Positions 1 to 12,822 of a stretch of 64,000 nucleotides of DNA are shown piece after piece; position 1 is the stretch's first letter; each line of letters begins with the position of its first letter. The stretch lies in NCBI GenBank assembly GCA_964188305.1, contig OZ076888.1, one strand, 5' to 3'. The stretch comes from Podarcis bocagei (taxonomy: Eukaryota). The position numbers were made by a program, and so were the translations under genes. Below the pieces are notes generated by a model. The model was not told where the DNA came from and searched no databases. It saw only the letters and a program-made list of their open reading frames with translations.

Positions 1-1586
1 GGTGCTACTTTAGTTGTACGTTTATATTTCTCCATGTGAAAACATTCTTTAAAGAAACGTGTTTCAACTGATGCTTTGCACAACACTTAAAAGTGATGAA
101 AATGTAGAAGAAAAGGTGGACGTTGGGAAGAGGTTGGAAAGAGAGAGGTTCTCAAGGGAATCAACAAGATTTGAGGGATTACATCTCATGGTTAAAAATG
201 CCTCTGCAGAGATTTTTGCCTCTGGAGGCAAGAGCTAGCAAATTACATTTGCTGCATGGTCTGTAACCTGCATTGATTCATTCTCTAACGTGGGTCTGTA
301 AAGTCACATTATGAGCTGTGTGAGATTTGAATAATGTTTTGATGATCACATCTGTCTTTCTTTTATTTATTTTCCTTCCTCTGAGATTGATCAACAGGGG
401 TTGTTTTATACAATTAAAATTCCTGAGAAGTTATTACAGCAAAGCTTTCAATTACACATCTTCAATGTTTTGTTTTCAAGTGGCATGTAATTAACATACA
501 CTTTCTTATTAAATCAAAATATCATTATTCATTAGTAAGTATCTGGAGAAATCCTTATATACAAAGTGTAGCTTCTAGTTCTGTCCTCTGTTGCTATGCA
601 TTGATGTGTAAATATTTTATTAAATATGCACACATGTTCCTGAAACACTGAAAAGTAACACGGTGCTTAGAGTGAACCATCTGCTTGGTGCCTCTAATTT
701 TTAATAGGCAATTGTTAGGTAGATATGGATTTGATGTATCAACCATACTACAGTTTTGAAATTGCTTCATTCATAAAATAAATATTGCTTGCCAAAATCA
801 TTCAGCAAAATCTTATTCATGAAACAGCACAGCTAGCTATGCAAGACTTTTCATGAATAAGACAGAAACTTTGCCTGTCATAAAAATATTGAATTAGGCA
901 AGGATTTGCTTATTTCATGAATGAAGCTGAGAATGTGGTTAATTCATGTATTAGACAGAGCTATTCGGCTATATTATTTCATGAATAGAGCAAGTTCACT
1001 CATATATACAATGAATGGTCTTGAATAACTAAAAAGTGGAACAAAAAGCAGAATGGCTTTGTTTATGTAAGGGAGTATAAGTTTTCCAAGCCTTCAGTCT
1101 TAATCTAGTAACATTCTTAAAAAGAAATATGATAATAACTTGAGGTGTAAAAGTATACCATCGTTGATGGATACAATAAAAGAAGTATTCAATTTTAGTG
1201 TGTGATTAGCTAGCAGGAATTGTGATAGTTAAAAGTTTACCTATGGAGCAGTGTAGGTGGAGAGATAAAATATTAAGACCGAGAACTGAAATATAGCTGG
1301 AGCTTAATTGTGTGAAATGTTATCAATATAAGAATAATGAACTTGTGGTTGAACTGAATTTTCTGGATTGTGAATGACTACTGGAAGCATTCAGAAGGGA
1401 GGAAAGTCAAAAAGACATTCAGGTGAGGTCACCATTTAGTTATCAGTATTTTGCTCTTTTGGTTGTGTTTCCTTAGCACTCCAGTCTTCATCTTGGAAAT
1501 GGAGACATGTCTTGGTATCCTGATAATGTTGTTTTTTGTTAATTGCAGCCAGTAATTCTTCTTTTCTCCTCCCTCTCCCCACTTAG

Positions 1587-1737
1587 GACTTTCTCGGATT
1601 TTGAGAAGTCGACTGGAAATGACAAAGAACCGAGTTGTCGACTGGGCCTTGGGGGAATACATGGCTTTTGGGTCTTTGTTGAAGGAAGGTATCCATGTCC
1701 GACTAAGTGGGCAGGATGTAGAAAGGGGCACTTTCAG
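1587..1737 (+). CDS. OGDHL: 2-oxoglutarate dehydrogenase-like E1, internal exon ([51 protein letters not shown])
   Basis: ttag|GA acceptor, AG|gtgag donor, 151 bp; [13 protein letters not shown] motif of 2-oxoglutarate dehydrogenase E1; upstream exons lie outside the window. Confidence 0.95.
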
Positions 1738-2590
1738 GTGAGTTGTATAATACAGCTGCTGCTCATCCGGTAGAAAATGTCATACAGATTTTGCTGTGAG
1801 TTAATGCTAAACTGGGTCACTCTGAGGGATGGCTGTCTTGCCGTTTGTAACAGGTAATATGTTAAATGCTATAGGGGAATGTACATGTAATTGCATGAGG
1901 TAGTTGAGTATGAACATGAATTTGAATTAAGAAGTAATTGCAAAAGCTCAGGAAGAGGTGTTAGGGAGAGCTACTGCGATGGTGGAAGGAAAGAGATCAG
2001 GCAAAGAAAAACAGGTATATAAACAGCATAAAAGGGTAGGTGAACTAACTGGGGTGGGGACTCCCAAAACAGCACGCTGAGCATGCTGACTTGCTGCTTT
2101 GGTTTACATCAGAGTGGCCTAGAAGGGGGTCTTGTCATTGTAGCAGCCCATGACCTCCATATATGCTGCCCAGGCTTGTGTCCTGGAGAGATCACTCGGG
2201 TGCTACTAACACAGCAAAAACAACACGGGAGGCAGAGGTTAAGAGTTACCGGTCTCTGCAGCCACAGCAGGCGCTGTGATTCTCTGGAAGTTTGGCTTCA
2301 CCCCCGGAGGTGCTTTCCATTGTCTCTCGAGACAGACGGATGCCAACGACAACATGTTACAGGGTGAAAGATTCGAGTGGGAAGGAGAATGAAATTGAAC
2401 AGGAATGTGGAATAGGGACACTTCACACTGCAATCTTTTGTCGCGACAGGGCAGCACATAGCAATCACAAAATACAATCATAATCCTGCAGTAATTAAAA
2501 TTATTTGATTTTATATGATAGCAAACCTGTTTACTGAGAACTTAGATAGCCAAAACAGCACCATCCATACTGAAGACTGGATGTATCAGC

Positions 2591-2960
2591 TGTTGTAGGG
2601 GAGTTCTAAGATTTGCAGATGGGGGAGAACTTTGGGGAGGGGACTGAGATCAGGGAGAAACCCTAAACAGCTGGGAGGAGTATACTCAGTGACCACAGAA
2701 CCCTGAGTGTCTTTTTGTGGGAGGAGGGATAATAAAACTGGGGGAGGGGAAATAGAATGGAATGTCCAAACTATGGCATTGGTTGGCTGGAACCCATGAA
2801 CAAAGAGCACTTCATATGCTGCAATAGATCCCATTTGGACCCACTGAATTCTTTTCTCTTTCAGTTTGCTCGTGCAGGTTGGACGATATTTGACTTTTAG
2901 AGCCAATCTGTACATTATTTGGATCAATAATGACCTGTTAGACTGAAGTAAGCTACAACA
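2591..2960. mobile_element. Possible solo LTR
   Basis: Perfect 8-bp inverted termini TGTTGTAG...CTACAACA; no matching TSD seen. Confidence 0.3.
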
Positions 2961-4239
2961 CTTCAGATTGCAAATGGCAGATCGGGGACTACATATGGGA
3001 GAACGTGCTTTTTTTAATGGTTACCCACAAAGGAAGTCACTGAATGTGGCAGACTAGCTTATCCGAGTGAATGCTACAGTAAACCCTTTGGTGTGCTTGG
3101 TTTGGTGGGCAGGTTTTGGTTTTCAAAAATGGGGCTCGTGCAAAAAAACAGGACACCTCCGCTTGCTTCCGAAAACCATATGGTCTCGAATCCCACCATA
3201 TTTGCCTACTGTCTTTTGCTACACAATGTGTAAATCGTTTGCTAGAGGGGTTTTATGGGGAAACGGGTCAACAAAAATGGCCACCTCCATTGCACTTCTG
3301 TAGTTGTCACATTTTAACCTCCGGCATACCGTTGGTTTTACGATATTAACTAGTTTCTATTTAGAGTGGTGAACAGTTCTTGCTAAGATGCTTTAGAAGA
3401 ACAGAATTTCTGCTTGCAATTTGTTCAGCTTCGGCGGGCGTGCACTGCAGAATAGCTATTATCAGGGTAATAGCCCTTCTTCCTTTAGTGGTTGTAGAGC
3501 TTGAACATATTGGTGTGTTTCACTCAGTTAGTCTTGCTCAGGGAGTTAATGGATTACAGTAATTACTTCAGTCATCTCTGTTTTGATAATGTTCCTTGGT
3601 GCACCATTCTAATGCTGATTAATGGAGCTCTAGAGGGCACTAAGCAGTGAGCCGATGAAGGGTGGGCAGCGAGGACCGGAGGATGCAGCTCTTTCAAGAC
3701 TTGAACCTGAGAGTGTTCAAGGAGCTGAAAGCCGGTGCACAATACAGGCTGCACATGACTCAAGGCACGAGGAACAGAATTTCACAGCTAATTATAATTT
3801 GAGCGAAAGCAGCCCTGTTGTGTAATGGCTTCCACACTTCATATTTTATGGAGTGTAACTGCATGCCACTAAAAGCTTCATGCACCGCGCAGCAACAATT
3901 GCAAAGTTATCTGCAGCAGCGTCAGCCTGTTGTCAGAAGTGAATACTTGAGATATTGAAGAGCTTTAATTTAAAATAACAGTAACGGTTAATCCCTTGCG
4001 ACTGCCTAGATGCAGTGAACGGTAGCTTCCATATTGGAGGCCGCTGTTGATTTTTTTATAACTTTAGCCGTAGCTTTAATCTTTCCAAACATGTGGAAAA
4101 ATAATATGAGACTTTGTGTAATGGGAAAGGGTGTGAACTGAGAAATACCTGATTCAAATCTAAGCTCAGTCAGAAACTCACTTTGTGGCCTTGGACAAGC
4201 CATTATCTCCCAGTCTCTCTCTTTTTTAAGGGTTACTTT

Positions 4240-4938
4240 GTATTTATTTATTTATTTTAATATATATATAGTTATTAGATTTTCTGTTTTACAGTTTAGA
4301 ATATTCATTTAAACAACCTTAACGTATCAATGATTTCCCTTCTTCTCTTTCCGTGGTTCATTTTGCATAACATAAATCCCTGCATATTTTACATAAACTA
4401 AACCATTCAGTACAGTCATACCTTGGATCCCAAACGCCTTGCAAGTCGAACGTTTTGGCTCCTGAATGCCGCAAACCCAGAAGTGAGTGTTTCGGTTTGC
4501 AGATGTTCTTTGGAACCTGAACGTCCGACGGGGCTTCCATGGCTTCCAATTGGCTGCAGGAACTTCCTGCAGCCAATTAGAAGCTGTGCTTTGGTTTCCA
4601 AACATTTTGGAAGTCAAACGGACTTCCGGAACTGATTCCATTCAACTTCCAAGGTACAACTGTATTCCATTATCACATCCATCAAAACTTATGTACACTG
4701 TTGAATTTATTGAAAATGTTGCCGTTTTCAAATGTATGCAAAACTCCCCCCCCCATATATTCAGTAAACATTTTCCAGTCTTCTTATGTTCTTCTTGTTC
4801 TCTTATTCTATATGTTAGGTTTGCAAGCTGTGCATATTCCATGAGTTTAACTTGCCATTCTTCTTTAGTTGGGACCTCCCTTGCTTTCCATTTTGGGGCT
4901 AACACCATCTCCCAGTCTCAGTCCTCTGCCTGCAAATA
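4240..4938 (-). mobile_element. L1-type LINE 3' fragment, interrupted by a MITE
   Basis: ORF2 C-terminal-like peptide (APKWKAREVPTKEEWQVKLMEYAQLANLT) similar to the L1 pieces at 12.2-12.8, 24.1-25.1 and 42.1-42.9 kb; A-rich tail on the minus strand; boundaries approximate. Confidence 0.7.
4413..4662. mobile_element. Tc1/mariner (Tigger-like) MITE
   Basis: TA|CAGTCATACCTTGGA...TCCAAGGTACAACTG|TA; related copies near 34245-34480, 40099-40341, 48788-49329, 55376-55609. Confidence 0.8.
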
Positions 4939-5093
4939 GCTATAATATCGAGTTGCCTTGCTGGATGATAGTTGTAATAATTGCGAAGAACTCTGAACAT
5001 TCGAAAAGTGTTCTGTGCGTGCTGTTGCCACAGTTTCCTTTTCTAAAAATATCTTTTCTTAAAACGTCATTGTGTTTTTAAAAATCTTTGTAG

Positions 5094-5221
5094 CCATCGC
5101 CACCATGTGCTCCATGATCAAGATGTTGACAAGGGCACCTGTGTTCCTATGAATCATCTGTGGGAGCAGCAAGCCCCTTACACTGTATGCAATAGCTCCC
5201 TTTCAGAATATGGGGTCTTGG
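5094..5221 (+). CDS. OGDHL: OGDHL exon ([42 protein letters not shown])
   Basis: tgtag|C ... G|gtaag, 128 bp, phase continues the previous exon; [10 protein letters not shown] motif. Confidence 0.95.
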
Positions 5222-5470
5222 GTAAGTTTGGCAGTTTTTTATTGGATTACTTGAGTACCTTGAGATTATATAGAACAACATACCATACTTTTCCGTGTAT
5301 TAGACGAGGGTTTTTTTACTCTAAAATAAAGTTTAAAATGGGGGGGGGGGTTCGTCTTATACATTCTAAATAACAAGATGAAAGATGAAAAAATCTTTTT
5401 AAATAATTCCAGTGGCACCTTTAAGATCAACTAAATATAAGCTTTCAAGGTATGAGCTTTTGTGTGTAAT

Positions 5471-5695
5471 ATGAACTTAATTAGTTCTGGAGGTCCGTTC
5501 TTAACCTGAAACTGTTCTTAACCTGAAGCACCACTTTAGCTAATGGGGCCTCCTGCTGCCGCCGTGCCGCTGGAGCACAATTTCTGTTCTCATCCTGCAG
5601 CAAAGTTCTTAACCTGAGGTACTATTTCTGGGTTAGTGGAGTCTGTAACCCGAAGCGTCTGTAACCTGAAGCGTCTGTAACCCGAGGTACCACTA
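5471..5695. mobile_element. Truncated Tigger-like MITE nested in the Tc2-like element
   Basis: Right end CCCGAGGTACCACTATA resembles the GGTACCACTG|TA terminus of the other Tigger-like MITEs; internal TAACCTGAAG repeats. Confidence 0.6.
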
Positions 5696-5807
5696 TACAC
5701 TTCATCAGATACTCTGAAGCAGAGGTCGCTTCGACCTTATAACTGTTGATGACTGTTATGGCAGTTGGTTCCACAGGGAAGGGCAAGGGATTTTTAAAGG
5801 GATAGAT

Positions 5808-6452
5808 CAGTGTTTCCCAAACGTTTTTGGGCAACGGCACACCTGTTTACTGAAAAAAAATCTCGCGGCACACCACCATTAAAGCCCCGCCCCGTGACGT
5901 CAGCGCGCAGCGTCACGCCGGGAGGGACGCACGAAAGTGAAAGTTTTTCCCCTCCCCCTTGCCGGGGAACCTCCAAGCTTTGGGCAGGCAGGCAGGCAGG
6001 CAGAGCTGGGACGGGGGTTTCCAGGGGACACGGCAGCTCCTCGAAAGGCTTCTCTCGGCTGCGCTCAATCCTCCTCGGAGAGGATTTCCCCTCCGGTCCC
6101 ATGCGCTCATTTGGGGGAGCCCTCCGGCTGCTCCCTCTCCCGCCGCGCAGGAGCGATGCCTCTCTCTGGCTCTCCCTCCGCGCAGGCTGAGGGAGGGAGG
6201 GAGGGGCGCGTGTGACCCGTCTCTGCTGGGAGACCAAACCCAGCGAGGCAGAGTCGCGCGGAGGCGCCCAGGCAGCGCTGCCGGCTGCGAGGAGGAGCGC
6301 CAGGCAGCAGCAGGAGGCGCGGCCTCTCCTCGCCGCCGCCGCCCCGCCTCTCGCCGCCCGACTCGCCCGCCTCCCTCCAGGCATCTCGCGGCACACCAGC
6401 CGATGTCTCACGGCACACTCGTGTGCCGCGGAACACCGGTTGGGAAACACTG
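5808..6452. mobile_element. Young GC-rich hAT (Charlie-like) MITE
   Basis: TIRs CAGTGTTTCCCAA...TTGGGAAACACTG; perfect 8-bp TSD GGATAGAT (5800-5807, 6453-6460); CpGs undecayed. Confidence 0.92.
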
Positions 6453-8712
6453 GGATAGATGACCAAAATTGGCTTCAGTATGTATAATGGGACATGAATC
6501 CAATATCTCTGTTCAGACCAGGTCTCTCCATAGGTCTCTCCATGTCTTATACATGGATAGTGCAGAGGGGGGGCGGGTGATTGGTTGCAGCCACCAGCAG
6601 GATCTTGCGATTGGGTGGGTGAATGGTGTCTGCTGCAAGGGCTGCTTTTTATTGGCTGCTGCTTTGTCCAGTGGGTGGGTTATTTGCGGATGCGGCAAGG
6701 GCTGCTTTGGATTGGCTGCTGCTTTGTCAATTTGGTGTGTGTTGCTTGCGATTGTTAGTGTTTGTCAGTTGGGTGACAACTCTGGGCCATCCCACCCCAT
6801 GTTCTTTAATTTTAGTCCCCCAAAATAGGGAGCGTCTTATACATGGGGGCATCTTATAAACGAAAAAGTATGGTAGCTTCGCTTATTAGAGTCAGCAGTG
6901 CTTTGAGTGTATCCAAATCTATACACTTGGACCTTTGTCTTTATTTTTTAAAACTGTGACCTCACTTTTCGGATAAACAAGCAAATGGATGATTTTTGCC
7001 ATATGCTTGTCAATACTGGGCTCCACGCGCATTAAAACTCTTGAAATTTTTCATTCACTTTAGCCCGGGTTTCTTTATCATTGAAGGTTGGGGAAATGAG
7101 CTCTCTGCATTCCTTCTGATTGCAAGTCATTTTAAATAGTAATTAGAGAAGGACATTTGACTGCGAGGCAACGTTTTTGAGAATTACCACTTTGAAAGAG
7201 AGAGAAATTATTAATGTTCCAATATGCGTATAGACCAACAGCATCCGATCCAGAAATTCCTGCTTTGTTTTTCTAAATTCATCCCATCATAAACACAAGT
7301 AAGCACAACTCCAAAAAGAGAGAGAATAATTAAGCCCTGAACTTGAACTTCCATTTGCGTAAACAAGCAAAATGATTCTGTCATTTTAGGAATTCCCATT
7401 AGTGTCTTAGATTGCAGCTAATTAAGTAAAAATGAATTGAATAGCCCTGCATGATGAAGCTTCAAATTGTTTTTCTGGCAGGTGCACAAGCAGGGAGCTG
7501 GCACCTGTTCAGAGCTACGAGTCAGTGCTGAGTTATTATTGAACCACTAAAGAGCACCAAGTGTATAATAGTTCTACTAAAATGTTATTCTTGCTGGACT
7601 AATTTGCTACAGGGATAAATCCACTGCAGCCTAGATACTCTGCAATGTATAAGAGCATTTTTGGGAAAAGGAAGAATTATGTTAAAGATAATGGAGAAAA
7701 AACATCTTGTTTAGCTTGCATTCCTTCACTGTAAACTGGCTTCATCACTTATTTTGTAATTTTAATAATGGGGATTCTGTAGACAGTGCCAGCCTTGGAT
7801 TTTGCCAGTCATCAACTTGCCCATGCTAAATAGCAGCTGCTCCTGTTTAAACATATGTGGCAAACTGCCCAGGAAACATCCAGGTAATGCCACAAAAACA
7901 TAGCACAGCATTTTAGTTTTCTTCCCCATATTGAAAATGCAACCATTTTTTCCCTTCCGCGATTACTGTTAGAAAGAATCTTAGAACCTAATGGCAGTCA
8001 CCTCCTTATTGGTCTTCATTGAGAAATATAGGAGGAGATCCGTTTAGAAAAGTGAAGAAGACATTACAGTAAATTAAGTGCTACACTGCCATTTCAAAGC
8101 ACTTTGGGTGTTTTCTTATTTGTTTTAAATCCCAGCCTGAGAACCCTTGACTAATGACAAATCATGTTGCATTAAACTGCAGCTTAATTAATTTTAATTG
8201 AAAGACTCTTGCTCTTTCTGACAGTCACGCAACTTGCTGTCAGGGAGAAGGGGGAGAGATAGCATAATATGAAGTGCAAGCTGACGCTGCGTCTCAACAC
8301 CTCTGTCTGTCAGAGTGACACATGAAAACAAAGAGGAGAGGCACCAAAAATTGGGCTGATCGCTGTTTCCTCATCTGATGATTCTGTTATCTGAAGTTCT
8401 CCAGATAACAACATAATATTTGTACCATCATTGGACTCCACCTTTAGAGGTTTTCTACTAAAGAACACTTGCGCTTATAAAACCCCAAATTATTTTAATA
8501 AAGTGTACTCATCTGTTAGTTAAACCCATCATGATCCAAAAATGATTTCCTTCTTTATACACTATCAGTTCCTGTCCATACACACATGCCACCAATGTAT
8601 TGCTTCATCCTTAATGTCACCTCCCACCTGAAGGTCAAACTAAAATATGTTTGCTTTAGATTTTTGATTCGTGGGGTTCCAGCCCCTCTTTTTGGAATAA
8701 CTGAGTTGAGAC

Positions 8713-9073
8713 CAGGGCCGGATTTAAGTTTGATGAGGCCCTAAGCTACTCAAGGTAATGGTGCCCTTTATATGTCCAGCTGTCCTTTGACGACAACAAA
8801 TTGTCATTTTTGTGTGTGTGTTTTTGCGTTGAATATATGCTATATGGTAATTTATGGACCTAATAGGTATCTAAAGCCATTTGCACATAACAAATAGGAG
8901 CCTACACAACACAAAACACTGTTGCTGTACGTAGGTTTTATTTTATTTGTTTTTTATCTTATATTTTGGAAATGTACATCCAGGGTTTTTGTCCCCTTTA
9001 ATTTTTTGGGGGGCCCCAAGAGAGTGGGACCCTAAGCTATAGCTTGTTTAGCTTATACGTAAATCCAGCACTG
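8713..9073. mobile_element. hAT MITE
   Basis: CAGGGCCGGATTTA...TAAATCCAGCACTG; perfect 8-bp TSD GTTGAGAC. Confidence 0.88.
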
Positions 9074-10679
9074 GTTGAGACCAATTGCCACAAGTGACTT
9101 TCCACATGTGGAATTGTTTCTTAAAACTGTTCCTGTAAATAAAACCACCAGCACCTTACTAGTAAGGTCAAGGACACATTCCTGTATTGTGGAATTATTT
9201 ACGACTTGGGAGACCTGCCCTATCACTGGAAATCATAAGGGAGAAAGCAGCTGTTAGCCTGTCTTTTATGGTATTGCTTAATTTAGTGGTTTTTGACAGT
9301 GTGCTGTTATAGTAGAGTTAGGAGAAAGGAATTAATGTATTGTCAGTTTGAAGACACAGTATAAATCTACAGGGCAATCTTTAAGATTAACCAGAATATA
9401 AGTATTGAAATCTTTCATCCTATGTGTACTTTAGTAGGATCTTTGGCTGAGATTAAACTGAGTTTCCATTTTTATCTTGACAAAGCCTGATTTCTCTATT
9501 CTAATATAGTAGCATGTGTGTGAATAAGGATTGAACAAATGAGCCATCTTGGGTGTTTCCTCATCCATGTCACCCAATCTGTAGAAAAAGTCTTTGAATG
9601 CTTGTTTAAAAATAGAATTGGACTAAAACCTATCCAGGAAAGCCTATTTAGCTTCTCCCTTTATTTAAAGAATACCTTCGGGAACTTGCAAGAAGAGTTG
9701 CAAAAGATTTTCACTATTTCAGCAGATGATGACACAGCATGACAATTAGGATGGTTTTTTATTTTTTTAAAAAATAAATTTGTCTTGCTGGAAATGAGTA
9801 TTAATAGCTTGAAAGAGTATGAATCTCTGTCAGAGAATCAGTAGTACAGACACCTTGAATGAAAGGTTAGAAAGCTAGTATGTCGTGCTTTCTAACTTTT
9901 TGGCAGAGGGAAACATAGAAACGTGTTTACAGATGGGTTCTTCATGGAGTTCAGCACTACAGAAACCAAAGCAATTTATTGACATACCTTCATCAAGATC
10001 TGGCTGAATGTCTTGAATACAATTAGCATCAGGATAGCACATAAAAATTCACATCCTCTGCAAATGAAGTCTGTTTGTGCATTCATGGATGGACATTATA
10101 AGTGCCACATTCCTGCACATATTTAGACTATTCAGCATATTTGCCTGGCATCAGGAATGTTACTCTGGGTTGCAAAGTTGTCATTTTGCCCTCGTTCGCA
10201 GCCTCTTCTGATAGACATCTAGCACAGGACTGAGGGAAACCTCCAACCTGAGGGTGGGATGCACCTCCAACTTTTAATTAATTTCTGTTCCAGGAATTTT
10301 GAGAGACCCCTTGAACATTGAGGTTGGTGGGTAAAGCAGTTTGTCAAGGCCAAGCCAGTGTAAAAGGCAAGGACTTGTTCCAGTAGTGTCTAGGAGGAAG
10401 TTGAACAGTGCTGTTGAAGAAGGCAGCTCTGGACCAAGAATGGCCTTGGGGGAAAACAGAGGGAAAATGGAGAAGAGGTTGAGAAGCCACCATTTTTGTA
10501 GGCGTGAAAGAGCAAATTCTGAGCCAAGAGGCCAAAAGTATGCAGAGCTGGCAGTGTTAGACAGTGGCTCAACCATCCCATTACCTCCCATGTGGTGCTA
10601 TGACAGTCACCATCGACTGGGAGTTCTGCTTGCTCCACCCATCATGAGGTCAGGCAGTCATCATCATCATCATCATTTA

Positions 10680-10882
10680 TTATTTATACCCTGCCCATCT
10701 GGCTGGGTTTCCAACAAAAGATTAAAAATACATGAAAACATCAGTCATTAAAAACTTCCCTATACAGGGCTGCCTTCAGATGTCTTCTAAACGTCAGATA
10801 GTTGTTAATTTCTTTGACATCTGATGGGAGGGCGTTCCACAGGGGGGCACCACTACTGAGAAGGCCCTCTGCCTGGTTCCCA
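10680..10882 (-). mobile_element. L2-clade LINE 3' fragment
   Basis: Reverse complement of the RQRAFSVV...FRRHLKAAL.REVFN 3' end shared with the copies at 32.6, 35.4, 37.3 and 60.0 kb. Confidence 0.8.
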
Positions 10883-12167
10883 GATTTAATAAAGAAATAA
10901 TGTAAAGATAATAAAAGTGGCAGGACATGAAAGAAAAATGGAGAGTTAGCAAGGCTCTCTTCATGTCAGCAACAATCAAAGGTTTCTGTCTCCGTCCTGG
11001 AAGAACCTTCCCTATCCCCATTTCAATACCTGTAATGAAAACTCACACTGCATGCTGTGATCCTACATACACTTCCTCGGGAACAAGTCCCATTTCAATG
11101 CCATCTTATTACTTCTGTGTCAACGTGCACTGAGTTAGGCAGAGAAATGGCAATCCTAACCTAGTTTACCTGGAACTAAATGTTACTACTATAAACGTTT
11201 GTGTTGGGGGGACAGCTTACCTGCTAGAGCCCAATAACCAGCACTGCCTGATCATTCAATAGTGTTAGGGATCGTCTCATTTTTATTTTAAAGTCTCAGT
11301 TCTGTCCCCCTAGGTACAGTGGGATTGCATCTTATCCAAGGGTTAGATTCTGGGCAGAGTGCGGATACGCAAAGTTGCTTATAGTCCAGGAGCCTTAGAC
11401 TCCTTAGATTGCTGCTTTCCAGCCCAGCTGGGACACTAGACTGCCACCTCTCTCTTTCTCCCTTTGGTAACTCTAAATGTTTGCTGTGGGGCTGACTCAG
11501 ACCACACTTTCCCTGCCGTCAGCTTCTTGCCCAGAGAGCAACCGCAACGCATGTTGGGATTGGCAGTGCCTTTCTCTACTGAACAGGCAGCTTCCTTCCA
11601 GTGAGTGAGCCAAAGCCAGCTAAGCTGGGAGAACGGAAACTTTCCCCAGTCACCCAGAGGCCGCAGTGTTTGACCAACGCCAAGCGGGGCAGCCACAAAA
11701 CCTCTGCTGCCATACACATGCTTCAACCTCTAGCTCTGGGACTGTGGAGGAGCAGGGAGAAGGAAGAGGTGATGGGTGTGAGGCAGGGGAAGAGAAGCCA
11801 CGCCAAGTGCTTACCCAAGTTTGCTTTCTCCTCCCCCTGCCATCCTTCCTTCCCCACCCTCCACAAATACCCTGAAATCCCAAGGAAAAGCCCCCTCCAA
11901 GGAGATGCTGGTGGGGCACCACTGTTCTCGTGGCTCCACCCACTTCTCCCCTGCACTTGGGGATATTCCTTGCAGAGAAGTGACAATGAACACCACTTAA
12001 AGGAGAGCTTTCTTCCTTGGCTCTTTGCTTTCGAAGGGTCTTTTCCCCCAATAAACGCAGACGCTGCAGCCAAGAGTGTAAAGCAGAATCTGTGTAAGTC
12101 AAATGTGTCCAAGATGCAATCTTATTTTATGGTGTATCTGTTTATTTACTGTATTCAGACTAGATAT

Positions 12168-12822
12168 TTTTTTTAAAAAAATAATTTTTACAAGTATAAA
12201 AATATGACAATACAATCATACACCTTAATATTTAAAGATTCCTCCAAATCTCTGTACTTCCCACCTTCCCTGCCATGGGTCCTATTGTCAACCCTTTCAA
12301 CTGCTTATTATTCAGTAGTCCATATTTTATATCACTGCATTGTGTCCATAGTATTTGCTACATTGCAAGTGTTACTGCAATCCTGCTAACGTTTTCATCT
12401 GCTTACAGTGGTCTCCAAGATAAATTATAAAATTTCCCCACTCTTTGTTAAAGTTTTGGTCTTCTTGGTCCCTGAGCTTCCCGGTCAGTTTTGCCATTTT
12501 GGCATAATCAACAGTTTAATTTGCCATTCTTCTCTGGTAGGGACTTTGTCTTCTTTCCAACTCTGGGCTAGCAACATCCGTGCTGCTGTCATCATGTACA
12601 TAAAAAGTCTTTTCTGCTCCTTTGGAATGTCAGCACCCACAATTCCTAGTAGAAAAGCCTGTTTTTTAAAAAAATAAAAGTTAGTTTGAACATTTTTTTC
12701 AACTCATTATATATAATTTCTAAGAATGCTTTTATTACCATACAAGACCACAACATATGATGCAAGGTGCCTTCTTTTTCTTTACATTTCCAGCAGATAT
12801 TTGTACCTGTCTTATGCAAACT
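12168..12822 (-). mobile_element. L1-type LINE 3' fragment
   Basis: CWKCKEKEGTLHHMLWSC (CCHC zinc knuckle of ORF2), frameshifted, A-rich tail; boundaries approximate. Confidence 0.8.

Larger units (their letters stand above)
5283..6873. mobile_element. Tc1/mariner (Tc2-like) non-autonomous element containing nested insertions
   Basis: TA|CCATACTTTTCCGTGTATTAGACG ... CATCTTATAAACGAAAAAGTATGG|TA. Confidence 0.7.

Noticed and set aside
5794-6487. Overlapping 90-218 aa ORFs on both strands
   Set aside because: They lie inside a GC-rich hAT MITE; low-complexity Arg/Ala/Pro products reflect stop-codon scarcity, with no recognisable domain
11601-12176. 191-aa ORF and overlapping antisense ORFs
   Set aside because: No recognisable homology or splice context; intronic
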